DNA of 64,000 nt from Eledone cirrhosa (taxonomy: Eukaryota): NCBI GenBank assembly GCA_964016885.1, contig OZ024763.1:4588001-4652000 (forward strand), in the 5' to 3' direction. Within the stretch, counting starts at the first letter, position 1. Every line of letters starts with the position of its first letter. The translations under genes were made by a program, and so were the position numbers. The notes beneath the pieces are model-generated. The model was not told where the DNA came from and did no database searches. It saw only the letters and a list, made by a program, of their open reading frames with translations. Positions 41,649-55,840 of this stretch are shown here, one piece after another.

Positions 41649-42320
41649 GTAATTGAGATGTACAGACATGTGGGTGGTAAATTGAGATGTACAGACATGT
41701 GGGTGGTAAATTGAGATGTACAGACATGTGGGTGGTAAATTGAGATGTACAGACATGTGGGTGGTAAATTGAGATGTACAGACATGTGGGTGGTAAATTG
41801 AGATGTACAGACATGTGGCTGGTAAATTGAGATGTACAGACATGTGGGTGGTAAATGGAGATGTACAGACATGTGGCTGGTAAATGGAGATGTACAGACA
41901 TGTGGGTGGTAAATGGAGATGTACAGACATGTGGCTGGTAAATGGAGATGTACAGACATGTGGCTGGTAAATGGAGATGTACAGACATGTGGCTGGGAAA
42001 TGGAGATGTACAGACATGTAGCTGGGAAATGGAGATGTACAGACATGTGGCTGGTAAATGGAGATGTACAGACATGTGGCTGGTAAATGGAGATGTACAG
42101 ACATGTGGCTGGTAAATGGAGATGTACAGACATGTGGGTGGTAAATGGAGATGTACAGACATGTGGCTGGTAAATGGAGATGTACAGACATGTGGGTGGT
42201 AAATGGAGATGTACAGACATGTGGCTGGTAAATGGAGATGTACAGACATGTGGCTGGGAAATGGAGATGTACAGACATGTGGCTGGTAAATGGAGATGTA
42301 CAGACATGTGGCTGGTAAAT
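41649..42320. repeat. 29-bp minisatellite, ~23 copies
   Basis: GTAAATKGAGATGTACAGACATGTGGSTG; the TTGAG variant is on the left and TGGAG on the right. Confidence 0.95.
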
Positions 42321-42340
42321 AATTATGTTATTTATGTTGT

Positions 42341-42419
42341 TTAATAGATTCTGATGAAATCAATACAGAGGAAATGTATTTTCTTACTGTATTGATTGAA
42401 ACTTTCGTAAATCAATTAA
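42341..42419 (+). ncRNA. Type-I hammerhead ribozyme (intact)
   Basis: TTAATAGATT-CTGATGA-AATCAATACAG..CTGTATTGATT-GAAAC-TTTC-GTA-AATCAATTAA: 11-bp stem II, 9/10 stem I, GUA triplet. Confidence 0.88.
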
Positions 42420-42481
42420 ATAATTTAATGTAAATTCATTCTGGTTGATTAATGCACTGGGTAATTGCTGGCCTTTATTAG

Positions 42482-42535
<54 letters not shown>

Positions 42536-42536
42536 G

Positions 42537-42649
42537 GGAGAAAGTATGACCCCGACGTCAGAGCTCTGCCGTCGGGGTCATACTTTCTCCTATTACCCAC
42601 TCTACTACCCTAAGTATTGAGTACTCTGGTGCGTTATGGTCCATCTGGT

Positions 42650-42650
<1 letters not shown>
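42537..42650 (+). mobile_element. Family H element
   Basis: GGAGAAAGTATGACCCCGACG.CAGAGCTCTG.CGTCGGGGTCATACTTTCTCC plus truncated tail. Confidence 0.82.
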
Positions 42651-42684
<34 letters not shown>

Positions 42685-42764
42685 CTGTGTGTGTATATAT
42701 AACCAAAGAAAAGAAAATATTAAAGTTCCTCTCTCAATGCCTTACAATTGTTTCGGTGCTAGAT

Positions 42765-42915
42765 ACAGTATCGGCAGAGCGTCCGGCACCATGCCTTGCA
42801 GCAGAGAGTTATGGCTCTTTACATTCTGAGTTCAAATCCCGTCGAAGTTAAGTTAAGTTTGCCTTCCATCCTTACGGGGTCGATAAAATAAAGTACCCCC
42901 AAAAGTAGAAAGAAT
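42765..42915 (+). mobile_element. SINE family A (diverged)
   Basis: B-box and GCCTTCCATCCTTACGGGGTCGATAAAATAAAGTACC. Confidence 0.78.
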
Positions 42916-42929
42916 TATTATTGCTACTA

Positions 42930-42968
<39 letters not shown>

Positions 42969-43024
42969 AAATGTGTGTAATCCTTGGTACAGTTAGGTAC
43001 ATTTTTTTCTTCCCCCCTGTCTTA

Positions 43025-43133
<109 letters not shown>

Positions 43134-43880
43134 TAGCCCCCGCCCCCACCCACAACCAAAAAAATAACATAAAGCAAGCTTACCTTGTTCTTTCTGAGAA
43201 GAATAAGACTTTCGGAAGTCTTACTGTTGGTAGTTGAGGACCAAATGGTGGCAATGACGACCAATAACCTCCTATTTATAGTCATAGTTACCCTTTGTTT
43301 TCTGCTTGATTGACTATAGCCTGTCTGGTAATAGATCTATGTATGTACATATGTATGTGTGTAGGTACTATGTACATATATATGTATTTGTGTATGTGTA
43401 TATGTATGTGTGTGTGTGTGTGTAAATTGATTTTAATCCGAAATACCTAGGTCAGCACTCTGTATTATCTGAAATAATATCTTATTAGTATTAACATTCT
43501 CACCCTTTCTAACTACCACCACCCCCATCCCCATCCCCTACCACCACCACCACCCCCTACCACCACCACCACCATCTAGCACCATCAACACCCTCACCCC
43601 CCCCCACACCAATACCACCTCCAAACATTGTTGTTTCCTTTCACTGAACCAAAGTCCCACACTTGTGTCGTCTTGTTTTTCGACCTTTTGCCCCCAAAGT
43701 CCTGTTCCACAGTTGGTCAGTAAAATCAATTATTATTATTGTTATTTCTAGTAAAGGCCAGCAATTACTCAGTGCATTATTGGTACTTTATTTTATCGAC
43801 CCAGTAAGGATGAAAGGCAAAGTTAACCTCGGCGGGATTTGAACTCATGGCCCTTTCCATTCTGAGTTCAAATCCCGCCG

Positions 43881-45300
43881 GACGGAAGGACCGCTTAAAT
43901 TGCTCGGGGTCTGGTTCGGTCCGGACCTCCAGATGGAGAAAAACTGGAACGAGGTGACGAACAGGGTGGCCTCTCTCACCCAGAAATGGGCTGAGAGAAA
44001 GCTGTACCTGAAATGTCGGGCAGAGGTGGCAAATGAGTTCATCGCAACCGTCATCTGCTACCGCCTAACTGTTGTGTCTTTCCCCGGCCCAACTCTAACA
44101 AAAATGGAGCGCCTCCTCTTCCGCTTTTTATGGAAGGGACGTGCTCCCATGGTCAGACGATACATCTACTGTCAACACCCGTTGCGTGGAGGGATGGGCA
44201 TGCCCTGGCTGATGATGCGCAAACACGCGCTGAGGCTGCGATATCTCTGGTGTTTTCTTGACGGTGAACAGGTGTGGTCACCGTTTGCCAGGCGTGTTTT
44301 TCCCCAGCTCATCTCATTTATGGAGCTGCAGTCCTGGATCAGGAAAAGACCGAGGGATAGCGCTTGGAAGCTGGAATATCTCCAAGCGCTCACAGCCTTC
44401 TACCAGCTGGACACTGGTATCGGTGGAATATCCGCCTCGGCGTTCTATAGAGGGCTAGTGGAGGGGAAGAGTGATGACGTTCTCGGAGAGACCCTCTTCA
44501 ATAGAACTTTCAGTCCGGGGCCTATGGACAACTTTCAGAAATCCCTGGCCTGGCAGTGCTACCGGGAAGCGTTGCCGGTTTGAGATAAGCTCTACAGTCA
44601 CAGAAATGATGTCAGCCGACCCTGTCCGAGATGCGCACAGGGCGACGAAACCATTGTGCATGCACGCCTTCAGTGCCCGAGCATTGCTGACTTGTGAGGC
44701 TATATCGAACAGTTGCTGTCATGTGTACAACGAATCCGGTTATCGACTGAGTCCATTGTAAAGATAGTCCCGCCGTCCTCCTTTAAGGAGGAGGAAGGGC
44801 AGGCAGTTTTCACCTGTCTGGTGGCCATGGCAAAAGAGATTGTGTGGTGGATAAAGTTGAAAGGATTGCAGACTTTCCTCTCTGGCCAATCCCTGATTAA
44901 CATTTTCAAGTTTCACTTAAAAAGGAAAATCAGGGTGGAGAGTCAAGTGCTGTCTTCTAGTAAGTTTGTTGAAAGGTGGGTGAAAGTGGTGAGTCTGGTC
45001 CGAGTGAACGGGCCCGCACTGAGTATGCGCCTGTAGACTGAGGAATGGGAGAACTGAGAGAGGGCGCTTGCCCTGGTGCTGAGGGGGGTCTTTTGTGTGG
45101 TTTTCGCCACGAGTGACTCTCGGTGGTTACCCCGCTATTGGAGAATTTTTGTTGCTTGAATTTTTAATTTGTTTGTACACATTTCTATTTCCTTGATATA
45201 ACCATTTTATCCGGCAAAACCCACTTTGTTTCGTCCTGTACCGTTCTGAGCCGTCTGTAATCTTTTTCTTCATGTTAGCCCTTGTGGCCAATAAAGAAAC
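43881..45300 (+). mobile_element. Tx1/L1-clade LINE, 5'-truncated ORF2 remnant with 3' UTR
   Basis: LLGVWFG..NW..FRFLWKG..P.RGGMGMP; zf-RVT CPRCAQGDETIVH; in-frame stops; ends AATAAAGAAACC(ATT)n. Confidence 0.92.
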
Positions 45301-45605
45301 CATTATTATTATTATTATTGGCTGTCAGACAGTGTAGACGTCTTTTTGGAACTCCGCAAAAGTGGCAAATTTTCAGTTCATTTTCATTTCTAATAACTAG
45401 CAGAAAAACCACCCTTCGGGTGGTTTTCTGCTAGCATGTGTAGTGTGTATATTGATATTATACGCAGGTATATATACATGTAGATATGATACATCAAATA
45501 AAATCGTAATTGACAATATATAATACATAGAAATTGAATGAAGACGTTGTTACACTGCCTTATGTAATCAGTAACGTAATCCATGATACATTAAAAAAGA
45601 CGATA

Positions 45606-46752
45606 TCTATATATATAAAACTGTTGTGCCTGTGTGTGTGTCCTCATTTTTGCAAAGTCTATACAAATCCACATTTCTACTCCGATTGACTTCAAACTTG
45701 CATTTATATATTCCTTGCGGTCTAAAGATATTAACTGCAGCTTATATTTTTCAATTTTCTGTTGTTAAAGGGGTGTTAGGCGCTGGTTATCCATCTCCGT
45801 CGCGCTCTTATAATATCTGTCTGTATGCCTGGCTGTCTGCATTACGACATTCTGACGAACATTGATGACGTATTATGTTCGCTATTATCCGTTCATTGCC
45901 AGGGAACGTCTTCACGAACCAAAGTATCGTCTTCCTGTTTTCCTTCGGTTGCAACGTTTTTCGAAATATTTACTTCTGCGTTCACAGATTGATTTTTTAG
46001 TTTCAGAAGATCCCGTTAAGGGTGAAAGCAGCGATTCATTGCTTAAACTTTAATCTGTTATTTTAATATATAATATAAGCGAGACAAGCCAGCCCAGTTG
46101 CACTTCTTGCCAATAAACATTAATCCTTTGTGCGCCATTCATCTAACTGTAGACCAACAAATACCAACTAAACGGAGCATTGACAAGAACGATGGCGAAT
46201 GAATCTTCGAGGTAAGCAGTTTCCTCCCGAGCTGTTAGTTCACGCGGGATTCTCTGCTACACCTTTTCGTAATAATACCGAACAACCTACTGCTGGTCAC
46301 TCCTTCCCCCAAAAGCCGTACAAAGCGGACATGTGCATCGGGTAGATGGATCGGGTGCAAATTTACACCAGGCCTACGCGAGAAATTCGCAAGGGACTGC
46401 ACAGAGAGGGATAGAGAGAAAGAGTAACTTAGTGGAAAGAGTGCGAATGAACTTTTGAGGTAAGTAGCCTACGCCTTACTGCTATGACAACTTAACCTGT
46501 GACTTTCTCTTTCACATTTACTCCAATAGGCCAAAACAGAGGAGTATGAAAAGAAGGGGCTCAACAATATTTCTGAACAATGCACGTAGACAGCTAAACT
46601 GTACCTTCAACTTCTTAATTTTCTCCAAATAAAACAAGTTTCCTGTCAGTACATTTTCGTGAGTTTTTAACAGGCACTCACAAATAAACGTTTCTCATTG
46701 GAGGTGCTATTACCAATGTTCTTACCCGTGCAACGCCGGGGTACACTGCTAG
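45606..46752 (+). mobile_element. Non-autonomous Helitron, apparently complete
   Basis: A|TC 5' end; subterminal hairpin CCCG..CGGG (46725-46740); CTAG|T 3' end; no TSD. Confidence 0.78.
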
Positions 46753-47229
46753 TTATATATAAACTGCATTAGGAGAAAATTAATGTTTATTTAAGCGATG
46801 GCCAACGGGAAGTGTTGATATTTAAGAAATTTTAAAGTGAATCTTTAAATAAACAAAATATATTTAATGAACAGCCACGAAATTTAGTAGATAAATTATG
46901 TAATATTAATTCATTATTTATTCAAAGTAATCCAACTTATTTTACTAATGGGATAAACAATTATAAACCGTACGCAGTCCCGCGCTTCTTACTTTATTAT
47001 AGTTTAGATTGTTGCAATCTTTGAAAAGGGTCGTAAGACTTCAGTCTTTGCCCTGTGAAGGGGTGACTGTAGAATATTTGGGCGTTTTGGCCCAAATATT
47101 TGAACTTTGTTAAAAAAAGAATTCTAGAAAAAAAAAAAAAACGTGGCTGAGCCCCCCCCCCCCCCCCCAACTTTAAGTCTGCTGTCGCCTTAAACGTTGA
47201 GAGAAAAATAGATAGAAATAGTGTAGGCT

Positions 47230-47580
47230 GTTCTCGTTTTAAAATTGTCGCCTATTCAGATCACAAGTTTTGCGATCTGTATGGTCAACCTAGGTAAAAA
47301 TCGTAGGTTAGGACCTGGTTACTGGAAGCTGAACATGTCCTTTCCAGCACGTAAGGCTTACAAGGACCGGGTCAACAATTTAGCTAAGAAAAAGTTGACA
47401 GGGAGGTCGTCAACAACAGATGGTGGGGAGCTTTCAAAAGAGAGATTAGAGTAATTTCGATAGGGTTTAGCAAAGAAGTAGTGTTAAAGAAAAAAAAAAG
47501 GAGGGGGAGTTGGTAACTAAATTAGACGAGGCTATTTGTAGTGTCATTGCAACTGACGTGCTAGCGGCGAGAATGGCATG
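47230..47580 (+). mobile_element. Tx1/L1 endonuclease-end fragment
   Basis: SDHKFA and LGPGYWKLNMSF motifs. Confidence 0.7.
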
Positions 47581-47882
47581 TCATTCGTACATATATTATC
47601 CTCTGTGTCTTGAACTTTTAGGGCCCAATAAAAGAGAGAGCTTGACCGACTATCAATGATAATCTGGTTGTTGTATTATTAACAGAACAAGGTGTGCCTT
47701 GCTCTGAGAAAAATGTTTTTTTCGATTAAAGTAATCCCTGACAACCCAAAACATTAAATTCCGTCATTCTCTACTGTCTTCGCTGTTATACACACACACA
47801 CACACAAATATATATTTGTATGTATGTATGTATGTTTATGTATATCAATGTATATGTGTATGTCTCTCTCTCTCGCGCTTTC

Positions 47883-47930
<48 letters not shown>

Positions 47931-47936
<6 letters not shown>

Positions 47937-48091
47937 AACGAGTAGGACCCTGACGGCTGAGCTCAAGCCGTCGAAACGGCTTGAGCTCAGCCGTCGGGGT
48001 CCTACTCGTTCCTATTACCCACTCTACTACCCTAAGTATTGAGTACTTTGGAGCGTTATGGTCCACCTGGTTCCTTACCACATTTCCTTCG

Positions 48092-48095
<4 letters not shown>
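47931..48095 (+). mobile_element. Family H element
   Basis: ATAGGAACGAGTAGGACCC...AAGCCGTCGAAACGGCTT...GGGTCCTACTCGTTCCTAT plus tail, in (TA)n. Confidence 0.85.
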
Positions 48096-48145
<50 letters not shown>

Positions 48146-48153
<8 letters not shown>

Positions 48154-48426
48154 ATACTTTGGGAGGGTCATGTTGCCAATAAGAAACACACGCACCAGTT
48201 GCTTTCACTTCAATTTATTATATATTTATAAATTTATAAATTTACAAATTTACAAATCTACAAACTTATAAATTTCTTTATAAATTTATAAATATATAAT
48301 AAATTGAAGTGAAAGCAACTGGTGCGTGTGTTTCTTATTGGCAACATGACCCTCCCAAAGTATAACAATATCGGTTTCAACACACGATTTCAGATAAAGA
48401 ATCTTGCTAAACAAATTCAGAAACGA
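48146..48426 (+). mobile_element. Family B2 terminus as a fold-back palindrome (~95-bp arms) plus tail
   Basis: Inverted repeat 48146-48371; tail matches the reverse complement of 11760-11815. Confidence 0.85.
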
Positions 48427-48774
48427 TATATATATATATATTTTTTTTTCTGTTAATATAAATATCCGCCACGTGTTTTATATTTGTCATATATTATTCG
48501 TCACGCCTCAGTATTTCCTACAAATCTCCCCACGTCAGTATCATGTACTGAACACATGCCTCATTAAATTCAAATCGGGTGTCACGTGTTTAAATCTCGC
48601 CAAACGTTACTCACCCTCTGTCCGCTCATGCGATCTTGTTTGATTAACGGGACACCCTTCCCGTGAAATGTAGCCGTAGTTGAGCCTTCTATAGACATGT
48701 GTTCCATTAGTGTAGTTCTCCGAGAGATCCAGCCTGAAAAGGCTGGACCTTTGAATTACAGCTGTTTCAATAAC

Positions 48775-49790
48775 AGAGCTGCAGACCTGGATCAAGCGAA
48801 GACCGAAAATGGGCGCCTGGCACCCCGAGTGCCTTCAGTCGCTCACAGCCCTCTACCAAGCGGAAACGGCAATCAGCGGAGACTCCACTTCGACATTCTA
48901 TAGGGGATTAGTGGAGGATAAGTGCGACGACGTTCTCGGGGAAACTCTAGGCATCGAGGAAGACGAACTGACCAGTCTGTTCGGGAGGACTTTCCGTCCA
49001 GGGCCTATGGATAACTTCCAGAGGTGTCTGGTCTGGCAGCGCTACCGAGGAGCTCTACCAGTTCGAGACAAGATCTACAGGCACGGACGCTCTGGCAGAG
49101 ATCCTGCCAAAAGGACCTGTCCAAGATACGAGCAGGACATCGAAACCGTTCTGCACGCAATTCTTCAGTGCCCAGGGGTGACCGACCTGTGTAATTATGT
49201 CGAACAGCTACTGTCACGTGTAGGACGCATCCAGTTGTCAGCCGAGTCCATCGTGAGGATCAACCCGCCGCATTCATTTAAGAATGAAGGAGAGGCGGTC
49301 TTCCTCTGCCTGGTGGCTATGGCGAAAGAGGTAATATAGTGGACGAGGTTAAGAGAACTGAGGGCAAGCACCTTTCTCTCCGGACAACAACTCATCCTCT
49401 TCTTTAAGTACCACTTCAGAAGGAAGATGAGAGTGGAGAGAGAGAGAGAGAGGTGCTACACCCCAGTAAATTCGCTGAAAGGTGGGTGAATGTGGCGAAA
49501 ATGGCCCGGGTGAATGGCCCTTCTCTGTATATAAACCTGTAGGTTGAGGAAGATAAACAGAGGGAAGACGGGAACACCTACAAAACTTGTTCCTGGTGTT
49601 GAGGGTTGTTCTATTGATGGGATGTAAAACACCCCCACAGTAGCGTTACCCCCCCCCCTAATGGGGATTTCAATTGTTTTATTTTTATATAGTTTATTGT
49701 TATTTATCATTGTTAAAGATTTTATGTAAAACCCCCGCCGTCACGTCTTGTAATGTCCCATTTGTGTATGCCCCTGTGGCAAATAAAGAA
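48775..49790 (+). mobile_element. Tx1/L1-clade LINE 3' remnant (second subfamily)
   Basis: FYRGLVEDK..MDNFQRCLVWQ..ALPVRDK..CPRYEQDIETVLHAILQC; ends CCCTGTGGCAAATAAAGAA. Confidence 0.9.
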
Positions 49791-50023
49791 AGATATCTAT
49801 ATAAATGTGTCTATATGTGTGTGTATACATGTATGTATGTATGAATGCAGACGTATGTATATATGCATGTTTGTGTATATGTTTGAATGTATATATGTAT
49901 GTATATAGGTTTGTATGTATGTATGTACGTACGTTTGTATGTGTGTACGTATGTATGTATATATGTACGTATGTATGTATGTATGTACGTATGTATGTAT
50001 ATATATGCATGTATGTATGTACG

Positions 50024-50330
50024 TCTTCTTCTTTTTGGTAAATATCATCTTGGTTAAGAGAGTGGGACTGGCTTTGTGCAGAGCCTTTGCTCACTATAAA
50101 AGCTTCACGGCACAGGCATTGCTTTGTATCTGGAGATCTCTCTGCACTTGTCGTCACATGGTACCATGGGCCCAGCACTATGTGTCAATAATTGTCACAG
50201 GTGTAGTGTTTGTACCAGAGTTTTCAAGTCGCTGGCTGGACTAAAAAGTCACTCGTTCAGCGCATCGCTAGGGGTTCTCCTACATGGATATAAAGTAGTG
50301 GCCGTACTCGAAAAGGAGTTGGCAGCCACC
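50024..50330 (+). mobile_element. Non-autonomous RTE-derived element, truncated, with ~40-bp TSD-like duplication
   Basis: ATGTACGTATGTATGTATAT(AT)ATGCATGTATGTATGTACGT on both sides. Confidence 0.8.
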
Positions 50331-50734
50331 ATATATGTACGTATGTATGTATATATGCATGTATGTATGTACGTATGTATGTATATATGCATGTATGTAT
50401 GTACATATGTGTGTATGTATGTATGTGTGTATGTATGTGTACACTAGAATGGTCGATTTACTAGCGTCCTGAAAAATCGCCACGTCGAACAAATGCCAAT
50501 TAATCGATGGTTATAACTTTGTTAAGATTAAGAATGAAAAATCGATAAAAGACATATTGTCTCCTCCACCAACAAGCTGACGAATTAAAGCAAAAACTCG
50601 ATGAAGGAACCGCAATGAGAATTCTTAAATAAGATGCAGTTCTAACAATCCTAATGATAGACTAGATTTGGTAAGGAAAAATGAATCCTCCGTCGCTTTG
50701 GACGACGACTGCTCCAAATACTTTACCAACGTGT

Positions 50735-51085
50735 AAGTAGCTGAGTAGTAATTCCACAGACACGTATACCTTTTACGAAATCCTCAGAAAGATTCAGCGT
50801 GACACAGGTGCAGTCTATATTGTATTATTGTGTTGTGTAAGTGGTTGAGTATTCCACAGACATGTGCATATTCATCTTAATTCTCAGGCAGAGTCAGCAT
50901 GACACCGTGTATGACAGGGCTTGGCTTTCAAATTACAGCTATAATATTTATTATTATAGTACAGGTGGCTGAGCATTCTTTCCATAGACACGTGTAACTT
51001 TAAAGATATTAAGGAGATTGGGCGCGACACAATATGAGACAAAGCTATCCCATTGAATTACAGGTACAGTCCATCTTGTATTAGA
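50735..51085. repeat. Degenerate dispersed tandem repeat (same family as 20085-20510)
   Basis: Repeated GCTGAGTA.TCCACAGACACGT / GATTCAGCGTGACACA motifs. Confidence 0.65.
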
Positions 51086-51369
51086 GGTCCTACCTATATT
51101 TCCCAGAGTCAGATACCGACATAAACAATTGCTACTCAATATAAATCCTTTCGAAAGTCCTAACGTTGTTTTCAGCTAATTTTACAGTTGACCGACTCAG
51201 CATGGAGTGGGATAGCGTTCTCCAGTGTGTGGGAGCCCATGTGTATGCTACCTCATGGTCCCTGTGGAGGACAGAAAACGCTGGCCCTGGGAATGGTGAA
51301 GGCGTGTTGGACTAACCATTCTAACTCGTGGGGTTCGCTCCTGTTGGTGGCCAGCTCTGCTTCGATAAT

Positions 51370-51575
51370 AATAATTTCTACTATAGGCACAAGGCCAGTA
51401 ATTTGGGGGAGGGGCAGGTCGATTAAATCGACCCCAGAACGTTTCTGGTACTTTATTTTATCGACCCTGTAAAATCCTCGATGGGATTTGAACTCAGAAC
51501 GTAAAAGGCCGTAGTAACTCTATGCTGCGAAACATATTGTCCGACGCTCTACCGATACTGCCAATCCACCACCCT
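51370..51575 (-). mobile_element. SINE family A variant
   Basis: Shared head and tail motifs with an internal deletion. Confidence 0.75.
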
Positions 51576-51959
51576 TATCTGCTCCAATAAGTAAGGATAT
51601 GGTCCGGGGATCCAGACCGCCGGAAGTCTCCGCTGCTACAGGTTCGACGACTAACTTATCGGAGAACGACAAATACACATATTTTCCAAACACGCAACAA
51701 CTATTCAATAAAATATGTGGAGGACCCTGTCTATATTGTTTCCAAAATTAGTCAGATATCGTCCAACATATGACAGAAACTATTCAATAAGACAAGTCAT
51801 GCTTTCTTGAGTGACCTGTCCTAATTTCATTTCCTTTTTTTTCTTTTATCGGTTGCCACAATGGCATGAAGAAGGGCAGAATAGAGAAACATGGCGAACA
51901 TGTAGAGACAGAACCGGGACATAAGTAGTTGTTTCGGCAGATAAACATAGAGACAGACA

Positions 51960-54900
51960 CATACACACGCACTGACAGATACATACAAACTCACTGACAG
52001 ATATACACACGCACTGGCAGATACATACAAACTCACTGACAGATATACACACGCACTGGCAGATACATACAAACTCACTGACAGATATACACACGCACTG
52101 GCAGATACATACAAACCCACTGACAGATATACACACGCACTGGCAGATACATACAAACTCACTGACAGATATACACACGCACTGACAGATACATACAAAC
52201 TCACTGACAGATATACACACGCACTGGCAGATACATACAAACTCACTGACAGATATACACACGCACTGGCAGATACATACAAACCCACTGACAGATATAC
52301 ACACGCACTGGCAGATACATACAAACTCACTGACAGATATACACGCACTGGCAGATACATACAAACTCACTGACAGATATACACACGCACTAACAGATAT
52401 ATACAAACCCACTGACAGATATACACACGCACTAACAGATATATACAAACTCACTGACAGATATACACACGCACTGGCAGATACATACAAACCCACTGAC
52501 AGATATACACACGCACTGACAGATACATACAAACTCACTGACAGATATACACACGCACTGACAGATACATACAAACTCACTGACAGATATACACACGCAC
52601 TGGCAGATACATACAAACTCACTGACAGATATACACACGCACTGGCAGATACATACAAACCCACTGACAGATATACACACGCACTGGCAGATACATACAA
52701 ACTCACTGACAGATATACACGCACTGGCAGATACAAACTCACTGACAGATATACACACGCACTAACAGATATATACAAACCCACTGACAGATATACACAC
52801 GCACTAACAGATATATACAAACTCACTGACAGATATACACACGCACTGGCAGATACATACAAACCCACTGACAGATATACACACGCACTAACAGATATAT
52901 ACAAACCCACTGACAGATATACACACGCACTAACAGATATATACAAACTCACTGACAGATATACACACGCACTGACAGATACATACAAACTCACTGACAG
53001 ATATATACACGCACTGGCAGATACATACAAACCCACTGACAGATATACACACACACTGACAGATACATACAAACCCACTGACAGATATACACACGCACTG
53101 GCAGATACATACAAACCCACTGACAGATATACACGCACTGGCAGATACATACAAACTCACTGACAGATATACACACGCACTGACAGATACATACAAACTC
53201 ACTGACAGATATATACACGCACTGGCAGATACATACAAACCCACTGACAGATATACACACGCACTGACAGATACATACAAACCCACTGACAGATATACAC
53301 ACGCACTGGCAGATACATACAAACCCACTGACAGATATACACGCACTGGCAGATACATACAAACTCACTGACAGATATACACGCACTGACAGATACATAC
53401 AAACCCACTGACAGATATATACACGCACTAGCAGATACATACAAACCCACTGACAGATATATACACGCACTGGCAGATACATACAAACTCACTGACAGAT
53501 ATACACGCACTGACAGATACATACAAACCCACTGACAGATATATACACGCACTGACAGATACATACAAACCCACTGACAGATATATACACGCACTGGCAG
53601 ATACATACAAACCCACTGACAGATATACACACGCACTGGCAGATACATACAAACCCACTGACAGATATACACACGTACTGGCAGATACATACAAACCCAC
53701 TGACAGATATACACACGCACTGGCAGATACATACAAACCCACTGACAGATATATACACGCACTGGCAGATACATACAAACCCACTGACAGATATATACAC
53801 GCACTGGCAGATACATATAAACCCACTGACAGATATACACACGCACTGGCAGATACATACAAACTCACTGACAGATATACACACGCACTGGCAGATACAT
53901 ACAAACCCACTGACAGATATACACACGCACTGACAGATACATACAAACCCACTGACAGATATACACACGCACTGGCAGATACATACAAACCCACTGACAG
54001 ATATACACGCACTGGCAGATACATACAAACTCACTGACAGATATACACACGCACTGGCAGATACATACAAACCCACTGACAGATATACACACGCACTGGC
54101 AGATACATACAAACCCACTGACAGATATACACACGTACTGGCAGATATACACACGTACTGGCAGATATACACACGCACTGGCAGATACATACAAACCCAC
54201 TGACAGATATACACACGCACTGGCAGATACATACAAACTCACTGACAGATATACACGCACTGGCAGATACATACAAACTCACTGACAGATATACACGCAC
54301 TGGCAGATACATACAAATCCACTGACAGATATACACACGCACTGGCAGATACATACAAACTCACTGACAGATATACACACGCACTGGCAGATACATACAA
54401 ACCCACTGACAGATATATACACGCACTGGCAGATACATACAAACCCACTGACAGATATACACGCACTGACAGATACATACAAACCCACTGACAGATATAC
54501 ACACGTACTGACAGATACATACAAACCCACTGACAGATATACACGCACTGACAGATACATACAAACCCACTGACAGATATACACGCACTGACAGATACAT
54601 ACAAACCCACTGACAGATATACACACGTACTGACAGATACATACAAACCCACTGACAGATATACACGCACTGACAGATACATACAAACCCACTGACAGAT
54701 ATACACACGCACTGGCAGATACATACAAACCCACTGACAGATATACACGCACTGACAGATACATACAAACCCACTGACAGATATACACACGCACTGGCAG
54801 ATACATACAAACCCACTGACAGATATACACACGCACTGGCAGATACATACAAACTCACTGACAGATATACACACGCACTGGCAGATACATACAAACCCAC

Positions 54901-55335
54901 TGACAGATATACACACGCACTGGCAGATACATACAAACCCACTGACAGATATACACACGCACTGGCAGATACATACAAACCCACTGACAGATATACACGC
55001 ACTGGCAGATACATACAAACCCACTGACATATATACACACGCACTGACAGATACATACAAACCCACTGACATATATACACACGCACTGACAGATACATAC
55101 AAACCCACTGACAGATATACACACGCACTGACAGATACATACAAACCCACTGACAGATATACACACGCACTGGCAGATACATACAAACCCACTGACAGAT
55201 ATACACACGCACTGACAGATACATACAAACCCACTGACAGATATACACACGCACTGGCAGATACATACAAACCCACTGACAGATATACACACGCACTGGC
55301 AGATACATACAAACCCACTGACAGATATACACACA
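51960..55335. repeat. ~42-bp bipartite minisatellite, ~80 copies
   Basis: CACTGACAGATATACACACG + CACTGRCAGATACATACAAACY; frequent 2-bp indels. Confidence 0.95.
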
Positions 55336-55804
55336 AAAACACACAATCGGACAGACATTCACGCACGCACATACACGCTCAAACACACGTATGCACACAT
55401 ACATATACGTGCACACATAAAACATACACACTCACAAATACACATACACACAGACAAACAGACACAGACACACGCAAACATATACAATCACACATACACA
55501 CAAACATACAATCACACATACACACACACACACAAACACATGCAAACAAACACTCACACATACAAACACATAACCGCACACAAACACGTACAACACACAC
55601 GTACACAGAAAAGGAGTGGGGAAGAAATATATAGAGAGAATCGACCCCAGTATATGGCTGGTACTTTCATTTAATGAACACAAAAGGATGGAAGGTAGAG
55701 TTGATTTCAGCGGGATTTGAACTGAGAGCACGGAGAACTGAAATAAATACCGCAAAATATTCTAATTAACGTTATAACGGCGGCCCCTAATAATTCGCCG
55801 CCTT

Positions 55805-55840
<36 letters not shown>

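Noticed and set aside
43900-45036. Functional host gene or intact retrotransposon
   Set aside because: 5'-truncated LINE ORF2 with stops and a deletion; no intact autonomous element exists in the window.
51827-55431. Long Cys/Val/Tyr-rich ORFs
   Set aside because: Minisatellite translations with frequent 2-bp indels.
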